From Amoeboradix gromovi X-113 (taxonomy: Eukaryota; Fungi; Sanchytriomycota), in the NCBI GenBank assembly GCA_018985225.1, contig JADGIF010000083.1, positions 1 to 22,318 on the forward strand: 22,318 nucleotides of DNA, written 5' to 3'. The position numbers were made by a program, and so were the translations under genes. Shown here piece by piece: positions 9,152 through 19,640 of this stretch. Below the pieces are notes generated by a model. It saw only the letters and a program-made list of their open reading frames with translations, did not search any database and was not told where the DNA came from. Position 1 is the first letter of the stretch; each line of letters opens with the position of its first letter.

Positions 9152-12104
9152 CTACTGCGCGTAAGCTGCCGCATCACTCTCGTTGACTATTCTTAAAAAC
9201 ACATCCTCCAAACTAGTCTGGCTGATTCCCCAATCAACGATGTTGTGATCCTTGCAATTGCCCATGTTGTCAAATATGTGACTAATTATGCCCGGACTGT
9301 ACCCAAACTCATAATTAACTAGTGTGTCAAAGTCATCCAGCACCTTGTACTCTATTCCTTCTAACAGCGATTTTACGTAAGCAGTAGCCTCTTCATGGTG
9401 CACTGCATCCATACTAAATGTCATTCTAAAACCACTTCCGTATTGCTGTTTTAGTCGCTGATTAGTTCCTATACACTTCATACTTCCCTTGGCCATGATT
9501 CCTATTCTTTGACACAACGCCTCCGCCTCTTCCATACTATGCGTGGTCAATATTACGGTTTTGTTCTTTCTAGCTTGACTTATGATGTCCCAGATAATCC
9601 TTCGCACTTCTGGATCTAGCCCTGTCGTTGGCTCGTCAAGAAATATAGTTTTCGGGTTTCCAATCAAACTGATAGCAATGCTCAATCGTCGTTTTTCTCC
9701 TCCACTCAAGCCCCCACTCAATCTGTTAGTAAATGCAGTCAATTTAACGTTTTCGATCGCCTCCTTGACCATTATATCTTCTTTATCGACTTGAATTCCC
9801 TTAAGCCTGGCATAAAAGTACAGATGCTCACCTACAGTCAGATCTGGCCATAGTATGTCATGCTGTGGACATATTCCTGTGCACTGAAACACCTTATCTT
9901 GCTCAGTATGTATATCGTATCCTCCAAGTTTAGCGCTGCCTTGACTTGGCGGATATAGGCCTGTTAATATGCTAATTAATGTAGATTTACCAGCACTAAA
10001 TTAGTTTTAATTACCCGTTGGGTCCTAGAAGTCCAAATATGCTGTTGTTGTCAACAGCAAAGGTAACATCTTTGACAGCTAATTTACCATTTGGATATAC
10101 CTTGCGCATATGTTTAACTATAAGAGGGCTTTCAGGGTCATGCTTATTACTATCTATCCTAGCTCTTTCATCCAGCACGTCTTGATCTTCATTTGAGTTA
10201 GGGTCAATTGCCATGTAGTCAGTTTGCTCAACAGCTGGCAATGGTTTCACAAACAACCCTTTGATGAAAGTAAATGGAAAGTACCACTCTAGCTGAGTCC
10301 CATATTCACTAGGCAATACACTGTTGCAATAATAAGCCATAAGTACATAAGCGATACTCTCAAATGAGAGCGCAATTAATGCTAACCCAACATTGTCAGG
10401 AGGATTCGCCTTGCTTAAATTATAGGGCGTTAGATCACTATCATAACTAGCACCATTGACAAGACCTAGCGCGCGATAAAATGCAAACGGAGGCCATATA
10501 AAAAATACTGTGTTATAACCAGTGTTGGCACTTAATCTATCCAAGGCTAGTGATATAATTATGCTAATTAGGACAGTAAAAAAGGACGCAATTAATGAGA
10601 GTCTGGATTTATCAAATATAGCAGCAAAGAAGAAAGACATCGCTATTTGAACACAGCCCCAAAAGAAGAACAGCAAGATGTAGACACCAGGATCGGTGTT
10701 CATAAAGAACTTTAATTTGAATGCTATACCAGTGACAGTGAACACAGTGCAAGCTAGAATGTGTAGAATCAAAAAAGTAATGGCATGTGTTGCATAATAA
10801 GTGGTGGCCTTTAAACCGTTCATTTTCATCATAATAAGTATCCGATCTTCTTTTTCACGTGTAAGTGTTACTACAAATATGGGAAATAGAAAAGAGAGAG
10901 CAAAAGGAAACAATATGTCAGCCAGAAATGAATCAAAGTTAAAGTCAATCTTATTGTTAATCAATTGTGGCATATTACGAATACCATGATTGATATCTGC
11001 CTCAGAATCTAACTGTTTAAGAGCACCACGTGTCATAAATGCAAACGACATAAATCTGCGCAAACCCATACTGGTGTATGTAGCAGCATCATTAATACGG
11101 GTATCCTGACCGATCTGTAAGACCACATCAATTAAAGAATCAGGCACAAATGTATTTACAATGAAAGTGCCCCAAGGAAGATCCCTAGCAACATCGTTTA
11201 CAGCATTCTGAATTCGAATTCGCTCAGCAACAGTGCGATCGGACCGAAATGTAGGCGAGTCTGGCTTATCAGTGGTTTTGCTAATTCTATCCAGCGCAGT
11301 CATTATGAGTTGATTAAAAGCATCATCAGCATCTACATTATCTTCCAACTTTCTAGCAAAAGGAACACCAAGATAAGAAATAGAGGGGGTACCGCTTGGA
11401 TTTATCTTTAGATAAACCAACTGATCAGCATTTTGAAATATACCAGTTCCTAGGTCAGTGGAATTAGGTGGAGATTTAGAGCTAAAATCAGCAGGCTTAA
11501 TGTCATACGTGAGATTGTTACGAGCCCCAAACTTGGATTTATCGCCACCACTAATTAGCCACCAGGGATAAGTTTGCAATTGAGATATCTTGAATGCAAA
11601 AGTTTGATTAGAAAACTTGGCAACATTTAACCACCCTCCTGGGGGAGCTGGAATAAATAGAGTATCACTGGAGGCTAACCAAGAAGAATTAACTTGAGCA
11701 AAACTGTATGGTGCCTGGTCAGGTGTATTTTGGGTATGCCAGCGAACACAGGGACTTTGTGAACCACCGGTAGGAGGACCACTTTTGCTGAATTTGAATG
11801 CAGCTGTAAAATAATTAGTAACATTTACATCCATCGTTGCGCCATATACATTATCTTTGGGAACTACGGGTAGCCCGGAAGTCAAATAAATGCCATTTGA
11901 ATCTGTAGCATTTATGCTGCCACAAACTAATGTTTCTTCATAAGCAAGTTGTGAAGCAATTAAAACTTGAAGAAATTGCCCAACACCTCCAGCAATGCAA
12001 ACCATTAAAAATGGACATGCAGCAACACAGCATAAAGATGTTTTCCATCTTCTCTTTTCCTGAATCAGCTGCTTTCGCGTTAACGCTCGCAACTGGTTCG
12101 ACAT
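9152..12104 (-). CDS. Half-size ABC transporter, subfamily A; complement(join(9152..9995,10015..12104)), 977 aa
   Basis: Removing a 19-nt intron restores Walker A GPNGAGKST. Also LSGGEKRRLSIA, FLDEPTTGLDP, LTTHSMEEAEALC, SLEDVFL and EKEDRILIMMKMNGL. One TMD with a large extracellular domain plus one NBD. Confidence 0.95.
9996..10014 (-). other. 19-nt spliceosomal intron in ABCA
   Basis: GTAATTAAAACTAATTTAG; excision gives GPNG-AGKST in frame. Confidence 0.95.
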
Positions 12105-12331
12105 TTAAGTTTCAAGTGAAGACGTAAACTATGATACATTCAAGATTATCAGCGGGCGATGAGCGAAACGTCTAAGTTCCTTGTTAGCTTGCCATTTCGC
12201 AGATGACTTGCTGTGCCATTATTATTTCGTTAAAATAAATTTAACCAATAGTTATTTGCGATATCTCTAGGTCGTCAGTAAAAAATCAAATTCATTAAAA
12301 TCTTTCCTGAAATTGGGGCTAATTGAAAACA

Positions 12332-13407
12332 ATGTTTCGATCTGCTTTTTTTAAAGGCGTTTCCACATTTACTGCTACTGTATTGGTGATAAATTCTGAC
12401 TCATACAGAGAGCAGCTACTTGGCAACTATGAAAACAGAGTGCGCGCATACTCACACCCATACAAGGTTTTCCAATATTTTGCTAGCATCAATAACGAGT
12501 TTATGAGTATGCAGGATTTTGTGAGGTCTCTTATTCCGTATAATAGCAAAGATCATGTTACAAGACTAGCGCATATCGAGATTCCAAAGAACTCGTCCCT
12601 AGTTTTGGCCGATTTAAATCGCGATGGTAAAATTGGATTTGATGAATATTTGTTTTATCTTTCTTTACTAACTATTCCAATGAGAAGTCTCAAAAGCGCT
12701 TTCAATCTTTTTGACACCAATAGTAGCGGTGGCGTAGATGAGGAGGAATTACAAGAAATGCTTACAACTTTCCAAAGGCAAAGTGCCGGGTTTGCACAAA
12801 GGATAGGTATAAAGCAGCACATACAACCTTCTAATATAATCCAACATCTATTCGGTGACACAGAAGTCGTCAAATTTAAGGATTTTGAGTCCTTTATAAA
12901 ACTAATAAAAACTGATTTATTAAAGATTGAATTTCAGTTGTATAGCACAGGCGGTTTTATTTCTATAAAAGATTTTGCGTTTATTATAACTAACTATGCC
13001 CACCCTAACGTTCAGATTGAGTTGGCTGGCAGAATTGATAAATTGCCTGACACTGAATACAAAATGTCATTAGTTGATTTCCTTTCATTTCATGATGCTT
13101 TGAGTAATATTGATGAATTTCAGTATGCATTAAATTTATTTCAAAAGGTGTTTTCATACTAAATTAGTCCAAGGGTAATAGTAAGATGTCAATTCAGGAC
13201 CTGAGTCATGTTTTCAAAGTAACAACAAACAGAGACCTGAAGCCAGAAGAATCCAGTATGATTTATAATGTATTTACTAATAGCAGCTTCGATCCGTTAC
13301 TGCTAACAAATACGCTAACAAGGCGAAGATTCAGAGGTTTAAATGAACATCGTGATACAGGTTTTACTCGGTTCATTTCTAACTTTGTAGAATGCCTAAG
13401 GCAATAG
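12332..13407 (+). CDS. MICU1: Mitochondrial calcium uptake EF-hand regulator (MICU family, MICU1-like); join(12332..13147,13168..13407), 351 aa
   Basis: YENRVRAYSHPYKVFQYFAS (MICU1 [20 protein letters not shown]). EF loops DLNRDGKIGFDE and DTNSSGGVDEEE. C-terminal RGLNEHRDTGFTRFISNFVEC parallels MICU1 [21 protein letters not shown]. Presequence-like N-terminus. Confidence 0.9.
13148..13167 (+). other. 20-nt spliceosomal intron in MICU
   Basis: GTGTTTTCATACTAAATTAG; excision fuses the two ORF-track pieces in frame. Confidence 0.92.
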
Positions 13408-13448
13408 CTGTACTTACTAGTAGCTAATAAAAATAACATATTTATTGA

Positions 13449-16400
13449 TTACTTCATATTCATCTCCTTGACATATTCCATTGCTTTCAATTGCACTTGA
13501 TCTAGCTTGTCCTCATCGCCGTGATCTTTTTCAAATTTTATATATTTCTCATAGATATGTTTCACCTGTCTTGCTTTGTAACTCTTTTTATCTAAAATCC
13601 ATAAGAACAGTTGTCGTGCTTTTTCTATCTCTTCGTGCTTAATTTCCATGTCTACCCACATACTCCATATGTCCAATCTTTTGGAATGCTCGCTCATCAG
13701 TCCGTGTAATATGGTTCTGCTTCTCTCCTTATCACCATATATATACTCTAACACGCTGTATTTCTGAATCAGTTTAAGGTGCTTATGCTTGGGTACACAC
13801 TTCAATCCCTTCTCAATCTGCTCATGAGCCTTTTTAACGTCCTGTTTAAAATAGTATTCTATCATTAACAACCATATTTTGCAGCTCCGTTTGTATTCTT
13901 TTAATACTCTTGTGATCAGCATGTCCATTAAACTAGCGTTTCTTTCATTCAGTTCAGTATTTACTAGTCTTTTCATACAGTGCATGTAAATTAGTTTATG
14001 ATCATTGACTTGTAAAGTACTTTCTAAACACTGCACCATGCTGTTAACTGTTCCCATTTCCATCTCCATATTCAGTAATGCTATATACATGTTTCTACGC
14101 TCTACTTCCTCTCTGTAATGAATTGTTTTTAACCCACGTTGAGCTATCATTCTTGCATGTTTAATATTTATGTCCATCGCATACGCCATGTACTGTATCC
14201 AGTACATCGATTTATTAGGATGCTCCATAACCAGCAATTCCAGCTCTCTGTTCTCTACAAACGGTGCTTGGACTACAATCGTCTCATCTTTTGTAGCATC
14301 ATCTGAATCATCATCACTCTGCCATGATACTGATGATGCTATTGATCCCTCGTCATTTTTGATAGCATCATGCGAGTCTTGCACAATTATTTCTTCATTC
14401 AGCGGTGTGTCCATATTGACCAACACTTTGTAGGAATTGCTTTTTGATTTAGTCACTTCTAAAATTTTGACTTTAACAATACTATTAACTACCAAATCAA
14501 TAGTATCCTCGCTCTTGATACCCATAAATCCCTTGACTACAACATTCCTTGGTTGATTCATTAATAAATGAAAGTAAATGCCGTGTTTATTCATGTGGTC
14601 CACTTTAGCGTCCACAATGGAGTTTAATTGCAATAGCTCATAGTAGTTGATGTTTTGAATTAAAGAATACTTGAGACTGGCTTCAATCATTCCGTTTTCA
14701 TTTACGTCTAATATTAAACACTGAACCATGGAGTGTAGAGTCACCAACGATTTCCAATCCTTGACGTATTCATCGCTAATATTACTGATCTTGACTCTAG
14801 CCACCTTGTTATATCTAACAGTTACGTAAACACCGTTGGATTGTATGCCACTTATAATACCATTTACAATATCTCCACTGGATACTGGTGAAGTTCCAGC
14901 GTTGATGTAGCATCTGCCCTTGTGCATGTTGGTACTACTAATAGCCACAATGTCGTTGAGAGAATGCTGACCATCTAACTTGTGTATAATGCTAGTTTGA
15001 CCAGTGCTCTGCAAGCAATGGTATTCTAATGGTAAGTCCGCGGTAATGATACACCTTTTATCAACGTTGCAGACGAAGTAGTGCTCATTCTTGATAAATG
15101 TCAATTTCAACAATAAAACTTGACCAATTTTCAGCTCCTTGATATTTCCATCATACGAAACACTATTTAAAATACCACACTGGCTTGGGGTTATTTGAAC
15201 CATTACACTGGGTTTGCTAGTACTAAGAGTGATAACAGCACATAGATACCACTCCCCAACAGTAAGTGGTTTATTTTTTGTTATTAAGTCAAACATGTTG
15301 TTGTCAAATGTAGATAGACAGCATTCCAACAAACAGTTACGCATACTTAAGGAATGGCTCAAAGGAAGAAATCTGCCAGTGCTAGAATGTTTGTATGCAA
15401 GCAGCTTTACGGATATAGTATCATTCTTGCGGAACAGAGAACTCAACGCAGATATTGGAGTTGAGGTAGCGTAGTGAGAGCAGACTCTGCCAACAAGATT
15501 ATCCGCAATTTTAATGTTCAGCTGTAGCAATTTCACATTGGTAATCAGTACCTTGAAAGAAATGGATGTAATGTTGTCGACTGTCAAATTAGAATCAATA
15601 GGATTAGATATCGTAAATGGAAGAGCATTGGTCTTTTTCATGCTATCCGTAGTCTGTTTGAATAGCAATATATCATTAATATTATAAGAATAAACACTGA
15701 CTGTATTACCTACCATCAAGCCATGTTGTAGTGCAATATTAAAGGAGCGACATGGAATGTAACCAATATTACGGCCATTGTCCATTGCAATAGCATAATC
15801 AGGTTTAACAAGCAAGACAGTGGCAAAGGTGTCCATCTTCCGCTTAGTTCCAGTAGCCAATGCAGACTTATGTGCCTCAGAATCATCTAAAATTAGATCA
15901 AACAGCAAACTGGCATGATGAATAATGATACAATTAAATGTGCTGGATTTAGGAATTATAGAAGTTGCTATAAATCCGTTAGTTACATTGTTATTTAAGG
16001 TAAAAGCAACGTGAAGACCGTTTGCCACAGATTTTATCAGACTGCATGAAACCCGAGTACCAACATATTGGCGTGGAATGCTATTAATAATAGTGGCTAC
16101 ATAGTCTGGTACGTTGTTGATGTTCAACAGATTACCGCAATTAAAGCCATTGGAATCGATAGCCTGTTTTATTCTATTCCATTTCAGGGATACTACACAA
16201 CCATGCTCGTTAAATGACTCAATAAGAGCAATGACTGTTTGCCCAACAGTAAAGATACACAAATCTGTGATAAAGTAATCAGCAATATTTCTTTTAAATG
16301 CTATACCTTTTACCAACTTGCCATCATGCCAAGATGATAAGTATAATGAATTTTTATCTATGTTGTGTATCCAGAATGGAAATACGTGACCAACTTCATA

Positions 16401-17639
16401 AACATGCTTGTTTTCTAATATTAATGGCTTAACAATTAAGCAAGGGCCATAGAGAGCTGTTGTAGACTGAGAATGAACTACATCTCTAGTAAATATGTTA
16501 GATTCGTAGATTTTGTTATTAAATTGCACACCATTCTGCAATGGTATTACCTTTACAATCGACCAGCTGTTTCTGAAATGTATAGAATTAATTGTACCAC
16601 TACAACTGCATGTTATGATAGAGCCCACAGAACTAGATCCATCTAGCCAACTTCTAATACCGAAGAAATCAACTTGTATTCTGTTAGCATCTTTCAAACG
16701 GACAATGACATCACAGGTGTCAGATTGTAGCAAATATTGTTTCACATCTAATAGGGAATGAAAAGGTCCCTGATTGAAAGGTTTGAGAGAAACCACAATA
16801 GTTTCTTGCTGGATATCCCACACGATGCCATTATGAACAGATCCTATTTTGATATTAGGAGTAGAATGATGAATAGGAAGAAAAGACTCATAGTCGTTGA
16901 TCTTACACCAGTGACCGACAAGCTTTTTAGATTGTATATGTTGCTCTATGACTTTGAATGAGCAAGGGATTCCGCGATAAATGTCTCGGTAAGAATGAAA
17001 CTGAACATCATCAATTAAAACACCATATGGCATATCATGATGAAAGAGCAACTTAGAACTAGGTTTAGAAAAGAACAAATTGTCGTTTGACGATAAAACT
17101 AGCAGCTCGAATTGTTTGCAAAACTTTTTGAATTTTACGATTGGTGTTGCAATAGATAAATCAATATCCGCAGGTTTATAGTACTTTAAACTGTTAATGT
17201 TAATAGAACTTAGAGATTGCAAAACTTCAGAGAGTTTGGAGCTATGCACCAATTCGTTTTGATGTAAAAGTAACCGACCAACGTAGAAATCACCCATTTT
17301 GGAAACATGAATTCCAGAGTATCTCTTGATTGATATCGGAGCTAAAACTACAATTTCTTTTTTATCTACAGTAAACATCTCATGAGCGTATTCAGCAACC
17401 ACAAATCCTTCTTGCAAACCACTTTCAACAACGCAGTGATCTACACATTTATCACCTTCTTTGATAATTTTGACAGAGGAGTTAAGTGAGTACTCATTCT
17501 GTGTGTCTAGGAATATCTGCTCATCATCTTCTGTCTTAACTAGGTACCCATAGTCTAATTTTTGTACAACTTTGACAGTTTGCATTGGGCGTTTGATCCT
17601 GTTGTTCCTTGATTCATTTTGACCTTTCACCAAGTACAT
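13449..17639 (-). CDS. RRP5: rRNA biogenesis protein Rrp5 (S1 repeats plus C-terminal HAT/TPR)
   Basis: S1-like segments (GDIVNGIISGIQSNGVYV...ARVKISNISDEYVKDW) and Rrp5 C-terminus (HPNKSMYWIQYMAY, ERRNMYIALLNME, GDKERSRTIL, KRLDIWSMWVDME). Start codon uncertain. Confidence 0.92.
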   Translation of the reverse strand: MYLVKGQNESRNNRIKRPMQTVKVVQKLDYGYLVKTEDDEQIFLDTQNEYSLNSSVKIIKEGDKCVDHCVVESGLQEGFVVAEYAHEMFTVDKKEIVVLAPISIKRYSGIHVSKMGDFYVGRLLLHQNELVHSSKLSEVLQSLSSININSLKYYKPADIDLSIATPIVKFKKFCKQFELLVLSSNDNLFFSKPSSKLLFHHDMPYGVLIDDVQFHSYRDIYRGIPCSFKVIEQHIQSKKLVGHWCKINDYESFLPIHHSTPNIKIGSVHNGIVWDIQQETIVVSLKPFNQGPFHSLLDVKQYLLQSDTCDVIVRLKDANRIQVDFFGIRSWLDGSSSVGSIITCSCSGTINSIHFRNSWSIVKVIPLQNGVQFNNKIYESNIFTRDVVHSQSTTALYGPCLIVKPLILENKHVYEVGHVFPFWIHNIDKNSLYLSSWHDGKLVKGIAFKRNIADYFITDLCIFTVGQTVIALIESFNEHGCVVSLKWNRIKQAIDSNGFNCGNLLNINNVPDYVATIINSIPRQYVGTRVSCSLIKSVANGLHVAFTLNNNVTNGFIATSIIPKSSTFNCIIIHHASLLFDLILDDSEAHKSALATGTKRKMDTFATVLLVKPDYAIAMDNGRNIGYIPCRSFNIALQHGLMVGNTVSVYSYNINDILLFKQTTDSMKKTNALPFTISNPIDSNLTVDNITSISFKVLITNVKLLQLNIKIADNLVGRVCSHYATSTPISALSSLFRKNDTISVKLLAYKHSSTGRFLPLSHSLSMRNCLLECCLSTFDNNMFDLITKNKPLTVGEWYLCAVITLSTSKPSVMVQITPSQCGILNSVSYDGNIKELKIGQVLLLKLTFIKNEHYFVCNVDKRCIITADLPLEYHCLQSTGQTSIIHKLDGQHSLNDIVAISSTNMHKGRCYINAGTSPVSSGDIVNGIISGIQSNGVYVTVRYNKVARVKISNISDEYVKDWKSLVTLHSMVQCLILDVNENGMIEASLKYSLIQNINYYELLQLNSIVDAKVDHMNKHGIYFHLLMNQPRNVVVKGFMGIKSEDTIDLVVNSIVKVKILEVTKSKSNSYKVLVNMDTPLNEEIIVQDSHDAIKNDEGSIASSVSWQSDDDSDDATKDETIVVQAPFVENRELELLVMEHPNKSMYWIQYMAYAMDINIKHARMIAQRGLKTIHYREEVERRNMYIALLNMEMEMGTVNSMVQCLESTLQVNDHKLIYMHCMKRLVNTELNERNASLMDMLITRVLKEYKRSCKIWLLMIEYYFKQDVKKAHEQIEKGLKCVPKHKHLKLIQKYSVLEYIYGDKERSRTILHGLMSEHSKRLDIWSMWVDMEIKHEEIEKARQLFLWILDKKSYKARQVKHIYEKYIKFEKDHGDEDKLDQVQLKAMEYVKEMNMK

Positions 17640-17764
17640 TGGCTTATCAATTCTTAAAGCTCTGGATCCATTTAAACATAGAAAATAAGGTACGATCGCA
17701 AGAAATGGTGTGCTAAATGTAGGTAGTGTTCACTTTGAAACTAAATTCGGAAATTAAAGATTTT

Positions 17765-18273
17765 ATGGATTTAAATATAAAACTAGAATTACAGGACTTT
17801 GATCAATCCACTCTCTTAGAGATGCCAGACTTTATCAAGCTAGAAATCAATAGACAGGATTCATTGCTAGCAATGAATGATATCAGTAAATGGAATCTAA
17901 TTAACTTCGATATAATATCTAATGAACAACAATTGCCTTTGGGTGCAGTAAAGAATGGTACTTGCCCTGAGTGCTCCAAGACTTTTAAAGATAATTCAAC
18001 TGCACTTAGACATTTTAAAAACAAGCACTGCAAGCAGATTCATTGTCCGTACTGTGCCAAAAAATTAAGAATATTCGGTAGACCTGATATTATGTAAAGT
18101 TTTACTTACTTAGGAGAAACCATCTTTTAAGATGCACAGAGTTTGAGAAACTAGATAAAGCTACCTTTTCAGCTCTAATTTACCAAGAGTTTGAAGAGTC
18201 TGCAAGACTCGAAGGGAATAGAATTTACTATATGTTGTATGGGGACAAAATTAGGCGCAGAATGAATAAATAA
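17765..18273 (+). CDS. Small zinc-finger protein (C2H2 plus C2HC); join(17765..18093,18114..18273), 162 aa
   Basis: CPECSKTFKDNSTALRHFKNKH; after splicing, CPYCAKKLRIFGRPDIMRNHLLRC completes a second finger. Confidence 0.8.
18094..18113 (+). other. 20-nt spliceosomal intron in zinc-finger gene
   Basis: GTAAAGTTTTACTTACTTAG; excision supplies the missing H...C ligands and opens a 53-codon exon. Confidence 0.85.
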
Positions 18274-18364
18274 CATTTATTTTCAACCCAATTTTCTCGT
18301 GAAAAAACCTCTCCTAACTTAAGTTGAAAAATGACGAAATTGTTTCATTGAAACATCAAATTGA

Positions 18365-19543
18365 ATGAAATCCAATGTAGCCTTATTTATTTGTGGGATA
18401 ATCAATAATGTTATATATGTTATATTTTTATCAGCAGCATCAGATATATTTCACGGTCTAGAGGGCTTAGTTCTTTTGGCAGATATTATTCCAGCACTTT
18501 TTTCAAAATCCATTGCACCCTATATATCTATGTCCTACGATGCCAGATTCGGTATTTGTACTGTGCTCTCCATTTTGGCCTTGGTGCTAAACACTTTTCT
18601 CAATATTGATGCTTCTTTGACAGGCGTAGTTTTGGCATCCTTTTCAAGTGGCCTCGGTGAGTCTAGCTTCCTAGCAATAAGCACTCAATATCCTAAAGCA
18701 ATAACTGGGTGGTTTGCAGGCACGGGCATGGCTGGAATATTAGGATCTTTTTTATATTTCTTTTTTACCACTGTTCTAAGGTTATCAAAATCCACTACTA
18801 TGCTGTTGTTCTCTCCTTGCCCATTGCTCCTGTACTACGCATATTATTCTGGACTAAGAGCCATTCCAACAAGCGAAAGCAATGATAGCATCGCTATCTC
18901 CACTAATGATACTCCCACAATGAAGATGGACACCATTTTTGATAAATTTAGAATTGTATCTACTGCAATTGTACCATTTATGCTGCCATTATTTCTAGTA
19001 TACTACTCGGAATACCTAATAAATCAAGGTATCTTACCTACAATTTCGTTTGAACTCTCCCCAGATTCATTCTTCAAAAAGCAACGAGACTACTATGTAC
19101 TCTATCAAATGATGTATCAATTTGGAGTCTTGGTATCTCGATCAAGCTTGGCTGTATATAGGATTCCAGACTACAAATACCTTTATCTGTTGTCAGGACT
19201 TCAGTTTCTTAATGTATGGATTCTGATATATCAATCGCTATACCATTACTTGGGATTTTCTGTAGTATGCATACTAGTTTTCTATGAGGGATTACTGGGT
19301 GGCTCAACGTATGCAAACGCTTTTGCTTGTTTATTAGAATTCAATCCTGGAGGTCCGTACACTGAAGTAGTTGATTTAGATCCAGATTCTGACGCGTCTC
19401 AGACAAAGCAAGGGACAAGCGTCAAAGAGTTTTTAATGAGTGCTGTCTCGCTTGCTGATACCTGTGGAATAACAATGTCCGGATTTACATGTTTATTCTT
19501 GGCACCATGGCTGTGTCACGCAAATGGAGTAGAATGTGGGTAA
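18365..19543 (+). CDS. BTN1: Battenin (Btn1/CLN3) vacuolar/lysosomal membrane protein
   Basis: NNVIYVIFLSAASDI, VLLADIIP, SSGLGESSFL, GTGMAG, PLFLVYYSEYLINQG, YQFGVLVSRSS and YEGLLGGSTYAN. Confidence 0.95.
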   Translation: MKSNVALFICGIINNVIYVIFLSAASDIFHGLEGLVLLADIIPALFSKSIAPYISMSYDARFGICTVLSILALVLNTFLNIDASLTGVVLASFSSGLGESSFLAISTQYPKAITGWFAGTGMAGILGSFLYFFFTTVLRLSKSTTMLLFSPCPLLLYYAYYSGLRAIPTSESNDSIAISTNDTPTMKMDTIFDKFRIVSTAIVPFMLPLFLVYYSEYLINQGILPTISFELSPDSFFKKQRDYYVLYQMMYQFGVLVSRSSLAVYRIPDYKYLYLLSGLQFLNVWILIYQSLYHYLGFSVVCILVFYEGLLGGSTYANAFACLLEFNPGGPYTEVVDLDPDSDASQTKQGTSVKEFLMSAVSLADTCGITMSGFTCLFLAPWLCHANGVECG

Positions 19544-19640
19544 CATAGACCAATAAATAAGCTTTTCAAATAACGATTAGTAATCGATCCTTGTGATTCT
19601 TGATGAAAAAGTAACTTCCCAAAGAAACTAGATTTGAAAC

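Noticed and set aside
12156-12172. GCGATGAG (PAC-like) and a hammerhead-like GATGAGCGAAAC
   Set aside because: Flanking genes are not ribosome-biogenesis genes, and the hammerhead CUGAUGA core and stems are missing.
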